A stretch of DNA of 63,191 nt, filler included, from Asterionella formosa (Eukaryota), in assembly GCA_002256025.1 (NCBI GenBank). It is 10 parts of 10 records of this genome, joined end to end, with 100 filler letters (N's around TTAATTAATTAA, not from the genome) between each part and the next. Parts side by side here need not be neighbours in the genome. Positions count along the whole stretch, not along the records: positions 19,469 to 37,605 come from NKIB01004155.1; positions 37,706 to 38,832 come from NKIB01004156.1; positions 38,933 to 57,066 come from NKIB01004157.1; 7 more parts are not named here. The stretch is one strand, 5' to 3'. The first letter of the stretch is position 1. Each line of letters begins with the position of its first letter. The notes under the pieces were generated by a model. That model was given only the letters and a program-made list of their open reading frames with translations, did not search any database and was not told the origin of the DNA. Shown piece by piece: positions 36,204-47,757 of the stretch. The position numbers and the translations under genes are program-made.

Positions 36204-36776
36204 AAATGATTTGGAGCATGATTATGATGGTTCATGACCTACCGCAAGAACTGTCCCTTGGTCAGCAGCAAAGCGAACCGTCATGGAAGTCCTGTCAATG
36301 CTCTTTCTCCCCCATAACAACTGTGTGCTGCTTTGGCTAATGCTTTTACTCTATAAAGAAAAAGTAATGAATTATTAAAACTACAAGTATACATTATAAA
36401 CATGAACCTTTCAATTTTTCATTTGAATACTTGACTTTGCTGGGTCCATGGAATAGTGAGATATTATTGTAGGGAAGCAAGAAATGGATTCCCCCCAAAT
36501 TTTGTCCCCAAAATGGCTAATAAACAAATTAACTAGCACATGGAATAGAATCTAGTGCTGCTTTCGGCTCTAAATACTTCAAAACGGAGACAAATGTACC
36601 TTTGGGCGGTCCTTTTCATTGTTTTCCTCACCTGGATCATCAGTCTTACGCCGCTTCGAAATGTTTTCAAATTTTCTACCTACTACTACCCCGGAGTAAT
36701 ACATTTTGATTGACTCTCAAAATAACATGAAAGCGGATTGTACGGTAAATGAAACACGACATGATGAGGTTATCTA

Positions 36777-36869
36777 CCGGCAAGTTGCGCCAATTAATGA
36801 AACTAAAACATTAGCTATCTTTATCCTGGATTAATTGGTTATTTAAGCCAAATGACCGCAACTTGCGGG
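36777..36869 (-). mobile_element. Third copy of the ~90-bp MITE, inverted, flanked by TA on both sides
   Basis: TA|CCGGCAAGTTGCG...GACCGCAACTTGCGGG|TA, with TA at 36775-76 and 36870-71. The internal sequence is the reverse complement of the 33535/33635 copies. Confidence 0.8.
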
Positions 36870-37196
36870 TACCCTAGCTGAGTTACATAGAGGGAGTATT
36901 GGAATGAAAAAGGTACGACTTCTATGGAGAAGCATATGATTTCTGCAATGTCAGTACAATCGTCAAGTGCAGGAAACGGGAATGTATCATATTTATAAAG
37001 GCTAAATATATCAAGTAATCATAAAAACCACGTTTCAAGAAACAAATTGACGGGACTTGCAACAAATAATCCAAGACCGACAAATGAAGTCTCATTCTTT
37101 GTTCTTCCTTCCCATAAAAAAATATAACCAAATCAACAGCAACCACAGATTAAATCAAATAACTCTGACCGAATTACTGGACAAAGAAATAAAATA

Positions 37197-37605
37197 ATGC
37201 CTTCCTTTCCGGCCTCGCAACATCTGCCTTTGGTGCTCTTGTCACTTGCATACCTGCTAACTTCGACTGCTGCACTCGTTGACTCGTCTGCGCCCTGGCA
37301 CCCATTGCAACAAACTACATCCTTCACCAATTTTTATCAACGTCATCTGGAACTGGGAGACTTTGATAGCATCAACGGCCTCATTCAAGATATTACTGTC
37401 ACTTTACCAGACACCGTCCTCACTCAGTCACTCTTGGGAATTACACTCACTCTTGATCTGAAAGAATTGAAATGCTTTGGTTTCAATGTTGGCGACATTG
37501 AAGTGAACTATATTTCGTCGGTCACCACTTCTGCGGACTTCGATCTCAAAGTCATCCAACTTGACACTACGTGTACTTTCAACTACAATTATGACTATTC
37601 ATTCC
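37197..37605 (+). CDS. 5' part of a secreted or membrane protein (signal peptide, beta-rich, possibly BPI/TULIP-like); truncated by contig end
   Basis: MPSFPASQHLPLVLLSLAYLLTSTAA signal peptide; the frame is open to the linker. Confidence 0.65.
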
Positions 37606-37705
37606 NNNNNNNNNNNNNNNNNNNNNNNNNNNNNNNNNNNNNNNNNNNNTTAATTAATTAANNNNNNNNNNNNNNNNNNNNNNNNNNNNNNNNNNNNNNN
37701 NNNNN

Positions 37706-38674
37706 TTTATCGTCGTTCTCGTTGTACTTGTCATTCATATCTTGTTTCTTTTCGTTTGCTTCGATGTCTTCGTAGTCAATTGCACACATGCCAACAAACA
37801 TGCCGGTCTCTTTCGTTGTAGTACGTTCTCGTTTGGGTTCAGGGCAATCTTTTGCGATATGTCCCGCATGCTTGTTGCAATTGAAACACTTGACGCCTTT
37901 CGGAGGAGGCCTGTTTCCGTCGCCGTGTGTCTTGTTCTTGACTCGACAATCGGCTGCCTTGTGTCCTTGCTTGCCGCAAGAGCGGCAGAGTCCTTTGAAC
38001 TTAGTTCCAAAGGCAGCAAGAGCAAGTTCGCCATCCGACTTTTCGTTCTTAAACTTGCGTTTGAAGAACGCAAGTATCTTGGCCTTAAGGTCTTCTAGTG
38101 TTAGGGAGGGCATAGCCTCAACCATTGTCACCACTTCTGAGTACTCCTTAGGTAGTTTGTCAAGTATGTGGGCAATCATCTCGAGATCCTTCTTTTCGTA
38201 AGCAGAATCAATCGTCGCCATTCGATTCCTCAACAACTCGAGTTGGATGAACCACTCATCTGGGTCTTGCGTCTTCCCCTCACAGATGCACTTGTTGAAC
38301 TGTCCTGAAAGTTGGATTAAGTCGCTTGTAGCATTAGGAACATAGCGAGCCTTGAGGTAGGTCCAAGCAAGGAATGCATCGCCGTCTTGATGATTCTTTG
38401 TCTTGGCTTGGTTAACCAAACCAAACGCAATCCCAGTGCAACTCATAATCAGGAGCTGGTATGCGCGATCGTTCATCTCGTAGATCTTCTTGACATCGTC
38501 TTTGTCTGTAGTTTCGTAGACAGCATCGCTGCATGGATTGGTATCCTTCATGTAGGCATTCTTGAATCCTCTTGTCTTGGCTAGTGCAAGTGTCTTCACA
38601 CTCCACTCATGCCAATTGGCGTCCTCGCCATCAAACTTCACAAGGCGAATGGTCTCACCTTTGTCTTCAGTCAT
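37706..38674 (-). CDS. gag: Copia-type Gag with two zinc knuckles (3' truncated)
   Basis: KFDGEDANWHEWSVK, DAFLAWTYLKARY, DPDEWFIQLE, HILDKLPKEYSEVV, CRSCGKQGHKAADC and CFNCNKHAGHIAKDC. Confidence 0.88.
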
Positions 38675-38832
38675 GTTGCAAAACGAAGTTGATCCGCTTG
38701 CAAGCGTGTTAAATTCTTCTGCAGTCTGACTGCAATGCTAGCTCTTTCTAGACAAGCTCAGTGTATTAAAACCTTCTGTTCTAATCCCACCTTATTGTGA
38801 GCTTATTTGATCTATCTTGTAATCGTTCACAT
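37706..38832 (-). mobile_element. Ty1/Copia LTR retrotransposon 5' part (LTR end, leader, gag)
   Basis: Candidate LTR end ...GCTCACA at 38796, a leader, then a gag ORF from ATG 38674 that is open to the contig end. Confidence 0.85.
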
Positions 38833-39449
38833 NNNNNNNNNNNNNNNNNNNNNNNNNNNNNNNNNNNNNNNNNNNNTTAATTAATTAANNNNNNNNNNNN
38901 NNNNNNNNNNNNNNNNNNNNNNNNNNNNNNNNGTAGAATGTGTTTGTTTACAGGTTGATTGGCGAGATTGTAACGCTGGTGGTCGACGAAACGGATTTAC
39001 AATGTGCACTGTGTGCGGAACCATTACGAGTTCGAATGATTTCTTCTCTGTAAACTCTTAATTGAATGATTATGAACAAAGGTTCACTGCACATGACAAT
39101 TAATCAAAGATATAATGATCACATGACCAACAATTGAAGACGTCGTTATCGCAAACAATCATTCCACTTGTCATCGCTAGTATTTCGTTGTTGTTGCAAA
39201 AATCGGAGTGATGACGGATGGAAATGACAAGCCAAACTACATTACTTTACTAGCTGGTACATTATCCTACCAAGAAATTCGAATACAGGAATCTAATAGA
39301 AACAATACATGTAATAATTATATATATGTAGTCAAAAGGGTACTATTGAAATTACAAGGGCATTTATCAAAATTATTAGATGATATAAGGAAAAATTATG
39401 ATCAGATGATCACAATCCTATGATGCATCATGGATATATGATAGTTTTT

Positions 39450-40500
39450 ATTTGCAGACGCAGCCAATAAGGAGACTCAAGGAACAGATAAGAATGATCT
39501 GCCTACAACTGAAGCATGGAAGTATCGGTCTGTGATGGGGATGCTTTTTTATTTGGCCTCTAATTCTCGTCCTGAGATTGCTTCTGCTGTTCATCAGTGT
39601 GCTCGCTTTTCTCATTGTCCTCGTGCTACTCATGAAATAGCAGTAAAGAAAATTTGTCGGTATCTTAAAGGCAGTTTTGATCAAGAAACTATTTTTCTCC
39701 TAATCCTGATACCTTTGACATTGAATGTTATTGTGACAGTGACTTTGTTGGGCTCTTTGGTTCAGAAGACTCTACTGATCCAGTCTGTTCTTGCTCTTGA
39801 ACTGGCTATGTCATCACCCTTGCTGGATGTCCCCTCCTCTGGGTGTCCAAATTACAAACTACCAGTGCACTATCTACAATGGAAGCAGAATATCAGGCTC
39901 TTTCTGCCAGTTGTTGGGACCTCATTCCTCCCCATCATATCATTCAAGAAGCATCTACAGCCCTACACATTGGTAAAAGCTCAGCTGTTCGATCTTTTTC
40001 AAAGGTCTATGAAGATAATAATGCATGCCTGTCCCAAGCTACTATGCCAAAGATGACTCCTAGTACTAAGCACATTGCTGTAGCTTATCATTGGTTTCGT
40101 GAATATGTCCTTTCCAGAGTTCTTCAAATTGTCAAGGTGGATACTGCAGCCAACCTTGCTGATATCTTTACAAAAGGTCTTGCGGCTGACAAATTCACAG
40201 CTATACGCAAGCAATTATGTGGTTGGTGACTGTTTGCTCTGCTGAGGGGGAGAGTCGAAACAGACAAGTCAAATGAATCTTGTTTGTGTCTCCAAATTAG
40301 TCCAGTCATGACCTTTTTGGATCTAGTCATGAACATGAGTCAATCTTATCTTATACATGAATCAATCTTTGAGTCTTGTCATGAACATGAGTCGATTTAC
40401 GCATATATGTCTTAGTTTTGTTTGTTTGGTTTGCTAAAAGTTAATTCTATAAGCTCACTTTATTTGGAAATACCAATAGAGTCAGATCTATCCTACAACA
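39450..40500 (+). mobile_element. Degenerate Ty1/Copia RT-RNase H 3' end with PPT and probable 3' LTR
   Basis: YRSVMGMLFYLASNSRPEIASAVHQCARF, then after a frameshift SKLQTTSALSTMEAEYQALS, VYEDNNAC, TKHIAVAYHWFRE and NLADIFTKGL...LCGW* (40229). Purine tract GAGGGGGAGAG at 40244-40254. The LTR boundaries are uncertain. Confidence 0.88.
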
Positions 40501-41459
40501 TTCTCCTAAACTCACCTGATCCTTTGATCCACTGCCTAGTACCTACGTTGCTGAGTATATATATTGAGATATATATACTATTCTTCAATAAGTCAAACTC
40601 CTTTCAGGTTAATCTACAACTTCTCTTTCAAGTCATGGTTGGGGTAATTTTTTGTTCACATTGGATGTGTTTAATTGTGAAGAGTTCAAAGAATTTATAA
40701 AGAAAATGAGTCATCATCTGAATTTGGTTCAGGATCTAGTGGATCTTAGAATTGACTCTATGGTACCTGGCATCAGAGATTGATTTACAAATTTGCATTC
40801 TGAAATGAGAGCAAACTTTTCACAGTTGAACAACAGAGTTGATGGCTTAGTTTGACCACAACACTTACAGTACCTTTCGAATCATTTGTCATCCTTCGAT
40901 TTTTCATCCTCTGCACAGTCCTCATCATCAATGCAAGCAAAGTAATAGATCTTTGAATGATCAAAGTGTTTCAACATCTGTTAGTGCCATTCACACGAAG
41001 AAAAATAAAAATGGATGTCCGAGGTATGAACTATATATAAGAATCATTTGAGCTGCCTATCGATTTGGCGTGAATGGTTTGTTACACACAACTTCTATGA
41101 TCACATTTATAATCTAGGGTGTTTCCAGGGCGGTATTTTTCAGCTAGAAGCAAAATTCAAAAACCAATGGCGTTTCAATTTCACTCAAGCAGAAAGCAAA
41201 CGATTTTTTACCAAAAAGTTATCTTCATCAATATAAATCAGAACAGAGCATGCAGCTGCCAGCTCCATGAAATCATCGTTGTTTCCATTGTCTGATGCTG
41301 TCTGCTGTAATTGCATTTGCGGCTTACTACTATTTCCTCCCCACATAAATTCCAACAATAAATGAACAGGCAACCTTCCATCATCAGTCAACACTAAAGA
41401 TGGAATGGGCGATGTATGTCCATCCACTACCACAGATCTCAGTAAAAGCATTGAGTCCA

Positions 41460-41960
41460 TTACAACAGTCCACCATTCCTCTGGCAAATAGCCTCCCAGC
41501 ACCATTTCTGGCGGAACTTTTTCAGACAAGGTCCAAAGGAGTTCTTGAACTTGGGATACAAGGAATCCAGCAATACATTACTGAATGTTTTTCTCATGGG
41601 AATTGAAGTCAAGTTTTTAGGACCCAGGAACAAAACATCCCTGCGATCCAGTCGGCCTAAAATGGCAGCATCCAATCGATGATTTTCACTTCTTGCATTG
41701 GTCCTTGTTGGTGATGGATTCTTTACAACTAATTCCGACTTTTCTTGATTGACCCCGTGAATCGCTTCGATTGTGTTATTATGTTTCATCTTGGTCTGTT
41801 GCATTAAGGTCTTCTGTCGATTTGGGACCTTGACAGTGTTGGCAGTATCATTGCTAGCAATGGTCATATTGGCAATGGATCCGGTCAGGGATTGAATGAC
41901 GAAATCAGACGAAACGCTTGCACTGCAACAATCGTGGATCTTCGACGCCTTTGGATTCAT
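41460..41960 (-). CDS. Hypothetical protein or pseudogene, 166 aa; C-terminus weakly resembles the diatom-expanded DUF6824-type domain
   Basis: ORF with DVLFLG...F...I...NGG.L spacing. Weak recognition only. Confidence 0.3.
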   Translation of the reverse strand: MNPKASKIHDCCSASVSSDFVIQSLTGSIANMTIASNDTANTVKVPNRQKTLMQQTKMKHNNTIEAIHGVNQEKSELVVKNPSPTRTNARSENHRLDAAILGRLDRRDVLFLGPKNLTSIPMRKTFSNVLLDSLYPKFKNSFGPCLKKFRQKWCWEAICQRNGGLL

Positions 41961-42566
41961 CGTATTATGCTTGTGAAATAGATGAAAAGTGCTTGGTGGT
42001 ACATTGATTGGACGCGTCGCTTGGATTGCTCACAGTTCGTTCTCGATTGTTATGTGATTGATGACTGCCTGGATGGTATGGGTCGTGATTCTTGCACGGG
42101 TGCCATGGCTCGCTATGGCTTTGAGATGGTGTGGCGACCTTCTTCCATCATGCTGAGAGATTCAGCTTGTTGATTTATGACTCCTCAATTTATGATGACT
42201 TCGGGGCAGGAGGAACGGATTGGGACAATTATGTTGCGATTTTGATGGAAGATGCTAGCTACCCTACCTGGTACCAGATACTCCTACCCAGTAAGAATGG
42301 CAACGATCAGGTTTATGTGGATGGCCATCACTGTATAACAGTGTATACCGGTAGTGCTTCTGACTTGGTTTATAATAACCAGGTTATTAATACTGCTTTA
42401 CTATAATAACCGTGGTTATTTGTCATCAAGTCTGACTTGGTGGCGTCAGACTTTGGACTCAAGTCCTGACTTGGTATAAATAACTTGTTTTCACATATTT
42501 TGCTTTGATTAATCATACTATTGTTTAGTCGTCTTTGTAGTTGTTGTACAGCTACTGTGATAATTT

Positions 42567-43360
42567 GCGGGGGGGCTACAGTCTGGAAATCCCGGATGTG
42601 CAAGCCATTGACAACATCCCTGTATGGTACCAGGAGAACCTGGCACCCTGGTAATTCAATGTCACGGTACCTGGCACTCGCACAAGGGTAGTACAGTAGA
42701 GTACCGAATTCATCGAGGTCGACACAAAGCCCAAGTTATCGGATAGTGTCTATTCCTTCGAATCGACATTTTCCACTTAATTAATTACCGGTGTGTACTT
42801 TAAATAACGAAATGAATCTTCGTAATTAATTACCTGTATGTACTTTAAATAACGAAATGCCAAAGAATTATAGCAAGTCTAGTGGATATATATCGATTAT
42901 TTGCACTTTCACCTCTTTTGGTTCAAATCGGACAAGTGGGGATGAGGAAATTTTTATTTAGTGGTTCCAGGACAAATATCTCAAGGTCGTCAAAACAAAT
43001 ATATCTGGCCATACAGTACTTCAAAATCAATCCCAAAAAATGACCAGTAGCTACGCAGGTACAAGGAATATTTTTGATGATAAAATTCGGACATTCCCGG
43101 AACTCCTGGGGACATCATCAGTCAATCTTCGTATTTCGGGACCTCCTCAAGGCTATATACGGTAGTATGCCGGGGGGCTACATGCTTGACTGCAGAAACA
43201 TTCGGAAAAATGTGATCCCCGGATGTGCGAACTATTGACAACATACCAGTACCGCTAGTTCAATGTGACGGTGCCAGGTGCCAGTGCTCCCAGCAAGGCA
43301 TTTCAGTAGAAATACCGAATTCGTCGAGGTCGACACAAGGCCCAAGTTATCAGAAAGAGT
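42567..43360. repeat. Pair of diverged ~185-bp direct repeats (42567-42749 and 43169-43360), with an internal ~37-bp duplication at 42778-42859
   Basis: Shared GGGGGGCTACA, CCCGGATGTGC, ATTGACAACAT, TTCAATGT and TACCGAATTC.TCGAGGTCGACACAA.GCCCAAGTTATC. Confidence 0.85.
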
Positions 43361-43943
43361 GAATATGCTTTTAAATGAATATTTTGTCGGTCATTCCACC
43401 GTAGCCGATGACATAAATGATGCAAGCAATTACTGGAAGTCAGAACTTTCATTACCGTTTATGGCAGATTTATATGTTCGTCCTCCGAGGTCTCCATTTT
43501 CGTTGTACAATTCCCGGCTCTGTCCAAAACGTGAACAAAATATTTAAACAGAACGATGTGTCGCATTCTGAGTACCAGGTACCAGGTACCGAACCAGCAT
43601 AAAAATGAACAAATGGCTTTTTTACATAGGAAGTGCACTATCATAAAATACAGCATAGAATGATGCCGGCGATGAAAATTAAAATCAAGCCATTCTCATT
43701 TTGATTGCTGATGTACACATATAAAATTACGGATTATTGCAGGTTTTAGAAAGGAAAGCAAAAAGTGGTCAATCCTTACCTGAACCATATTCAGATCATA
43801 GCCCAGTCTCGCTTCTTGTTTTAACCTTTACTTTCGACGCTGACTTTGCGACGGTATTGTGACAAGAAACGACGGAAGACCCTTGGCTGGCTCGATACTA
43901 AAGGTCCAAAAACTCGAACCATCCACTAATCGGATCCACGAAA

Positions 43944-44612
43944 ATGGTAAAAAGGAAGGAGCGCGTGCAACTTCCTTTGCTGGAGGAGTCTATAGAATTT
44001 AGCAATGATACTCGCAGAATGCATTCACATTTGACAAGCCCACGAGTAGTTACTCCTTCTTTTCCGTCATGGTCACAGGACCCTATTGTTGATAAATGCC
44101 AGGAGAATACACAGATGAACCAACTCGTTGTCGCCACGAAAGTTCTTCTCACGCCTCTAGTTAACAAAAATTCCACAGAGGATGACAATATCCCTCCCTT
44201 GGCTATGAAAAGGACGAGATTGGCTGGAAAATGGGATCCTTCGAGCATTGAGTTGGTCGATTCTGAGGGTGATCTCAGATATGCCACGATCAATCACATC
44301 CTGCTGTTTTCCAGCATGGTGATGAAGTCTACTACCACTGATTCTGCAAGCATCTGCTGTCGCCTTTGCAATGGCGATAAGGTTTTTCACTGCAGCTCTG
44401 CTGCCTCTGTCTCCAATCATGTACCCAACATCGCATTTCACACATTGACTTGTGAAGCGAGCTCCCCTTGGCTCAAAAAACAAATTTGGAACAACCAAAA
44501 GCACTTCAATGGTTGCAATGTTGCCTATTCTGTCCTTCTCTGGAAGCGTATGCAGGGACATCGCATTTATAAAATACTTCAAAGGCGAAAAGGTTATTTT
44601 GCTAGCAAGTAA
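43944..44612 (+). CDS. Hypothetical protein, 222 aa, with a putative C2HC zinc-binding domain of a diatom-expanded type
   Basis: CRLC...HTLTC...PWLKKQI...LLWKRM pattern; intact ORF from ATG. Confidence 0.55.
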   Translation: MVKRKERVQLPLLEESIEFSNDTRRMHSHLTSPRVVTPSFPSWSQDPIVDKCQENTQMNQLVVATKVLLTPLVNKNSTEDDNIPPLAMKRTRLAGKWDPSSIELVDSEGDLRYATINHILLFSSMVMKSTTTDSASICCRLCNGDKVFHCSSAASVSNHVPNIAFHTLTCEASSPWLKKQIWNNQKHFNGCNVAYSVLLWKRMQGHRIYKILQRRKGYFASK

Positions 44613-44768
44613 TAGCATACCCTCCCCCCCCCATTAAGAAAGAAATATACCGATAAGACATTTATTCTGTCTGACACAGATGAGTACTATTACTCAAGAC
44701 CAAAAGTTTTCTAAGTAAGAAGTGAAAAAGCCTTTAAGGTTGCTGCATTTGAAAGCCTAGGCAACAAT

Positions 44769-45263
44769 NNNNNNNNNNNNNNNNNNNNNNNNNNNNNNNN
44801 NNNNNNNNNNNNNNNNNNNNNNNNNNNNNNNNNNNNNNNNNNNNNNNNNNNNNNNNNNNNNNNNNNNNNNNNNNNNNNNNNNNNNNNNNNNNNNNNNNNN
44901 NNNNNNNNNNNNNNNNNNNNNNNNNNNNNNNNNNNNNNNNNNNNNNNNNNNNNNNNNNNNNNNNNNNNNNNNNNNNNNNNNNNNNNNNNNNNNNNNNNNN
45001 NNNNNNNNNNNNNNNNNNNNNNNNNNNNNNNNNNNNNNNNNNNNNNNNNNNNNNNNNNNNNNNNNNNNNNNNNNNNNNNNNNNNNNNNNNNNNNNNNNNN
45101 NNNNNNNNNNNNNNNNNNNNNNNNNNNNNNNNNNNNNNNNNNNNNNNNNNNNNNNNNNNNNNNNNNNNNNNNNNNNNNNNNNNNNNNNNNNNNNNNNNNN
45201 NNNNNNNNNNNNNNNNNNNNNNNNNNNNNNNNNNNNNNNNNNNNNNNNNNNNNNNNNNNNNNN
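44769..45263. other. Scaffold gap (495 N)
   Basis: Pure N run without the TTAATTAATTAA linker core. Confidence 0.97.
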
Positions 45264-45722
45264 CTCGGCAAATATTTGAAAGTGCACTCAAGGAGCGGTA
45301 CGTGTATGTCCTATGATGATCATCAACTGGTACCCGTTGTGAATATAGTACCGGACTGTCAGTACACCCAAGAAAATGTTACATTTTTATCCAATGTGGC
45401 CAGCGTGGGTTTGCAAGACCTTGCAAACCAGGCCAATCAAACAGAGGAATGTAATTCACGTTCACCAATCATATTATATATGTGGAAGTGGGAAATTACA
45501 ATGGAATTTTTTGGACAGGAGATTTTAGGACTAAAAATTCCGGCACAAGACTACCATTCCGATGATGACGTTTTGGCACTTAATAATTCTGATTCCGATA
45601 TTTTGGCGACCGTAGAAAAGGCCGATTTTGTCGAGTTTTTGGACGACAACAGCTAAACGTTGGCTGGGTCTGACAGCGATTTAGATTCACAGGTAACTTT
45701 CAAATAGCATCAGTAAATAACT

Positions 45723-45855
45723 TCTGGCGAGAAACTGCAGAAAGGAACTTCGCTTTTCTTACTATGCCAAATAAACAGATTTCCCCCGAATTTTCGAGTC
45801 TTTTTACCTAGTATAGTTAAAAAACCGAAGTTCCTTTCTGCAGTTTTTGACCAGA
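45723..45855. mobile_element. Foldback/MITE-like element with ~42-bp imperfect TIRs
   Basis: Perfect 21-bp core AAACTGCAGAAAGGAACTTCG (45732-45752) pairs with CGAAGTTCCTTTCTGCAGTTT (45826-45846), extending imperfectly on both sides. Confidence 0.7.
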
Positions 45856-46344
45856 TCCTATATACTGACGATATATATAAAGTGGGCCTACACCCCTACT
45901 TTGTCCGAAGCCTGTATGCATGTAAGCATATGGAAAGGGTCTGTATTGGTGAAAGCTCCGTGGAGCGTTATACATATCTATTTTATACGTGAAAAGTAAC
46001 TGTTTGATTAGTCTGACCAATATTATTTTTTTAACCCTACCTCGAGCTAGGGGTTCAAATGCAGAAACCTTAGGTACACGATTTTATAGTTAGTATCGGC
46101 ACCTACAGAAACTTTTATGAAGCTTGTGCAGGAGCAGTACCCCCTCCCACCATGGCAAATAAACCCTCCCCAACAACACTATTACTGATATCACCCTAAC
46201 TGACATTGGAGATGACTCAACCCGTTGTACAATATCCCCGATTAAAAAAATTAATTCAAATGTTGTTACTATGATAGACGACTATACGGAGTCATTCCGA
46301 GCAGAGGAAGACAGCAAATGCAAGCTATAATAGTATGTGTAAAT

Positions 46345-47280
46345 TGATCAAATGAAGCATTGTCAGGATGTCTAAAATTTTCAGTGCTTGCTGTGGACTG
46401 ATCATCAGTGATGTGGCAACCAAATTTTAATCCATATTTCTCTACCAATTTGAAGCCGATATTTATCTAGTATAGTATTCTATGTACATGAGATCAATGT
46501 TCTCATGTCAAATGTCGATATGCTCAGCTGCGGTAGCAACCGAAATTCCAATACATATTTCTCAACCAATTTGAAGCCAATTTCTATCTAGTATTCGATA
46601 TACACAAGATCAACAATGACTTCATGTAAAATGTCACTATGCTCAGAACGAACATATATTGATCAAATGTGGCATCAGGATGTTTAAAATTTTCGGTGCT
46701 TGTGGACTGATGAATGTTGAAAATTTTAACAACCACTCTTTGATTTTCCATAAACTGAATTATCCAAAGCTCCTGGTGATTTTCTTCATTTATCAAATCG
46801 TTCATTCTACAGATATAAATGTAGACATTATTTAGCCAGTCCAAAAAGCAAATGGCAGCAAATATTTTTGGAATGTGTTGACCAAGGTGCAGAAAAAGTG
46901 CGAAATATTGCGAAAAATAGTGATTATGGAGTGGTTGAATTCAATGAAGTTGATTGTAATCAACTCCTTGTCCCTTGTTTCTATTACCGAATCGTTATTG
47001 CTGCAGTTATCAATGTAGACGTAATGTAGCGGGTCTGAAAAGAAGAAGGCCATTGTGGCAAATCTCAATTTACACTCACCACGAGGACATGCTATGAACA
47101 AAAGTACTAATTACAGAAATTTCTATAGAGATTTCATTTAATTTTCTTGCTTTGAGAGCGTTGTCCTTTGCTGCTTCTATGACATCCTACTTATTAAAGT
47201 TACAATAAAGTTACAATTGAATGCTAATGTAGACGGTCCAAAAAGGAGAAGTCCATTGTGGCATTGTTCGATTTCTTCTC
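46345..47280. repeat. Nested degenerate direct repeats
   Basis: A ~120-bp tandem pair (46416/46536); TGATCAAATG..CAGGATGT.TAAAATTTTC.GTGCTTG at 46346 and 46660; AATGTAGAC...GTC..AAAAG motifs at ~46819, 47012 and 47227. Confidence 0.7.
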
Positions 47281-47439
47281 AAAACGTCTAACGGGTTACC
47301 ATTGATGCTCAACATTTCTTTACATCAAATTCGGCTTTTTTGAACTCTACATCAACAATGAAAAAAGAGTGCGACTCATACTTTTACTCATATTCTAGGG
47401 TGTGACGCATCCTTACAGCTTTGTTGCCCTTTGGCAGTT

Positions 47440-47720
47440 ATGATCAAATATATATTTGAACGCGGAAAAATAATAAATAAAACAAAATTGCGGACTTTCA
47501 AAGTAATTATGTGTTACAACCAGCATAGTTTGGTCACCAAGCAGCATATTTTGGCAATTATACTGTTGTGTTCACTGGTTGGTCAATAAATATTGTCGCG
47601 AAGCAACTCACATAATTAATCGATAAGTGAACTAAATTTTATTTATGAACACATAAATTTTGGTTTGAACCGATTAAATTACTGAAAAAGTAACATAATA
47701 TTTCAGAAAAGTATATTATA
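47440..47720 (-). mobile_element. Probable DNA-transposon terminal segment, homologous to 9645-9932
   Basis: The reverse complement is co-linear with 9645-9932. The outermost ~55 bp are missing next to the non-LTR fragment. Confidence 0.6.
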
Positions 47721-47757
47721 CACAGAAGACTAAAACAATCTTACATCACGCATTCCG

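Noticed and set aside
44711..45291. Long poly-X ORFs, and other ORFs running into N (e.g. 58330-58587, 61717-62022)
   Set aside because: Open only because N codons are not stops.
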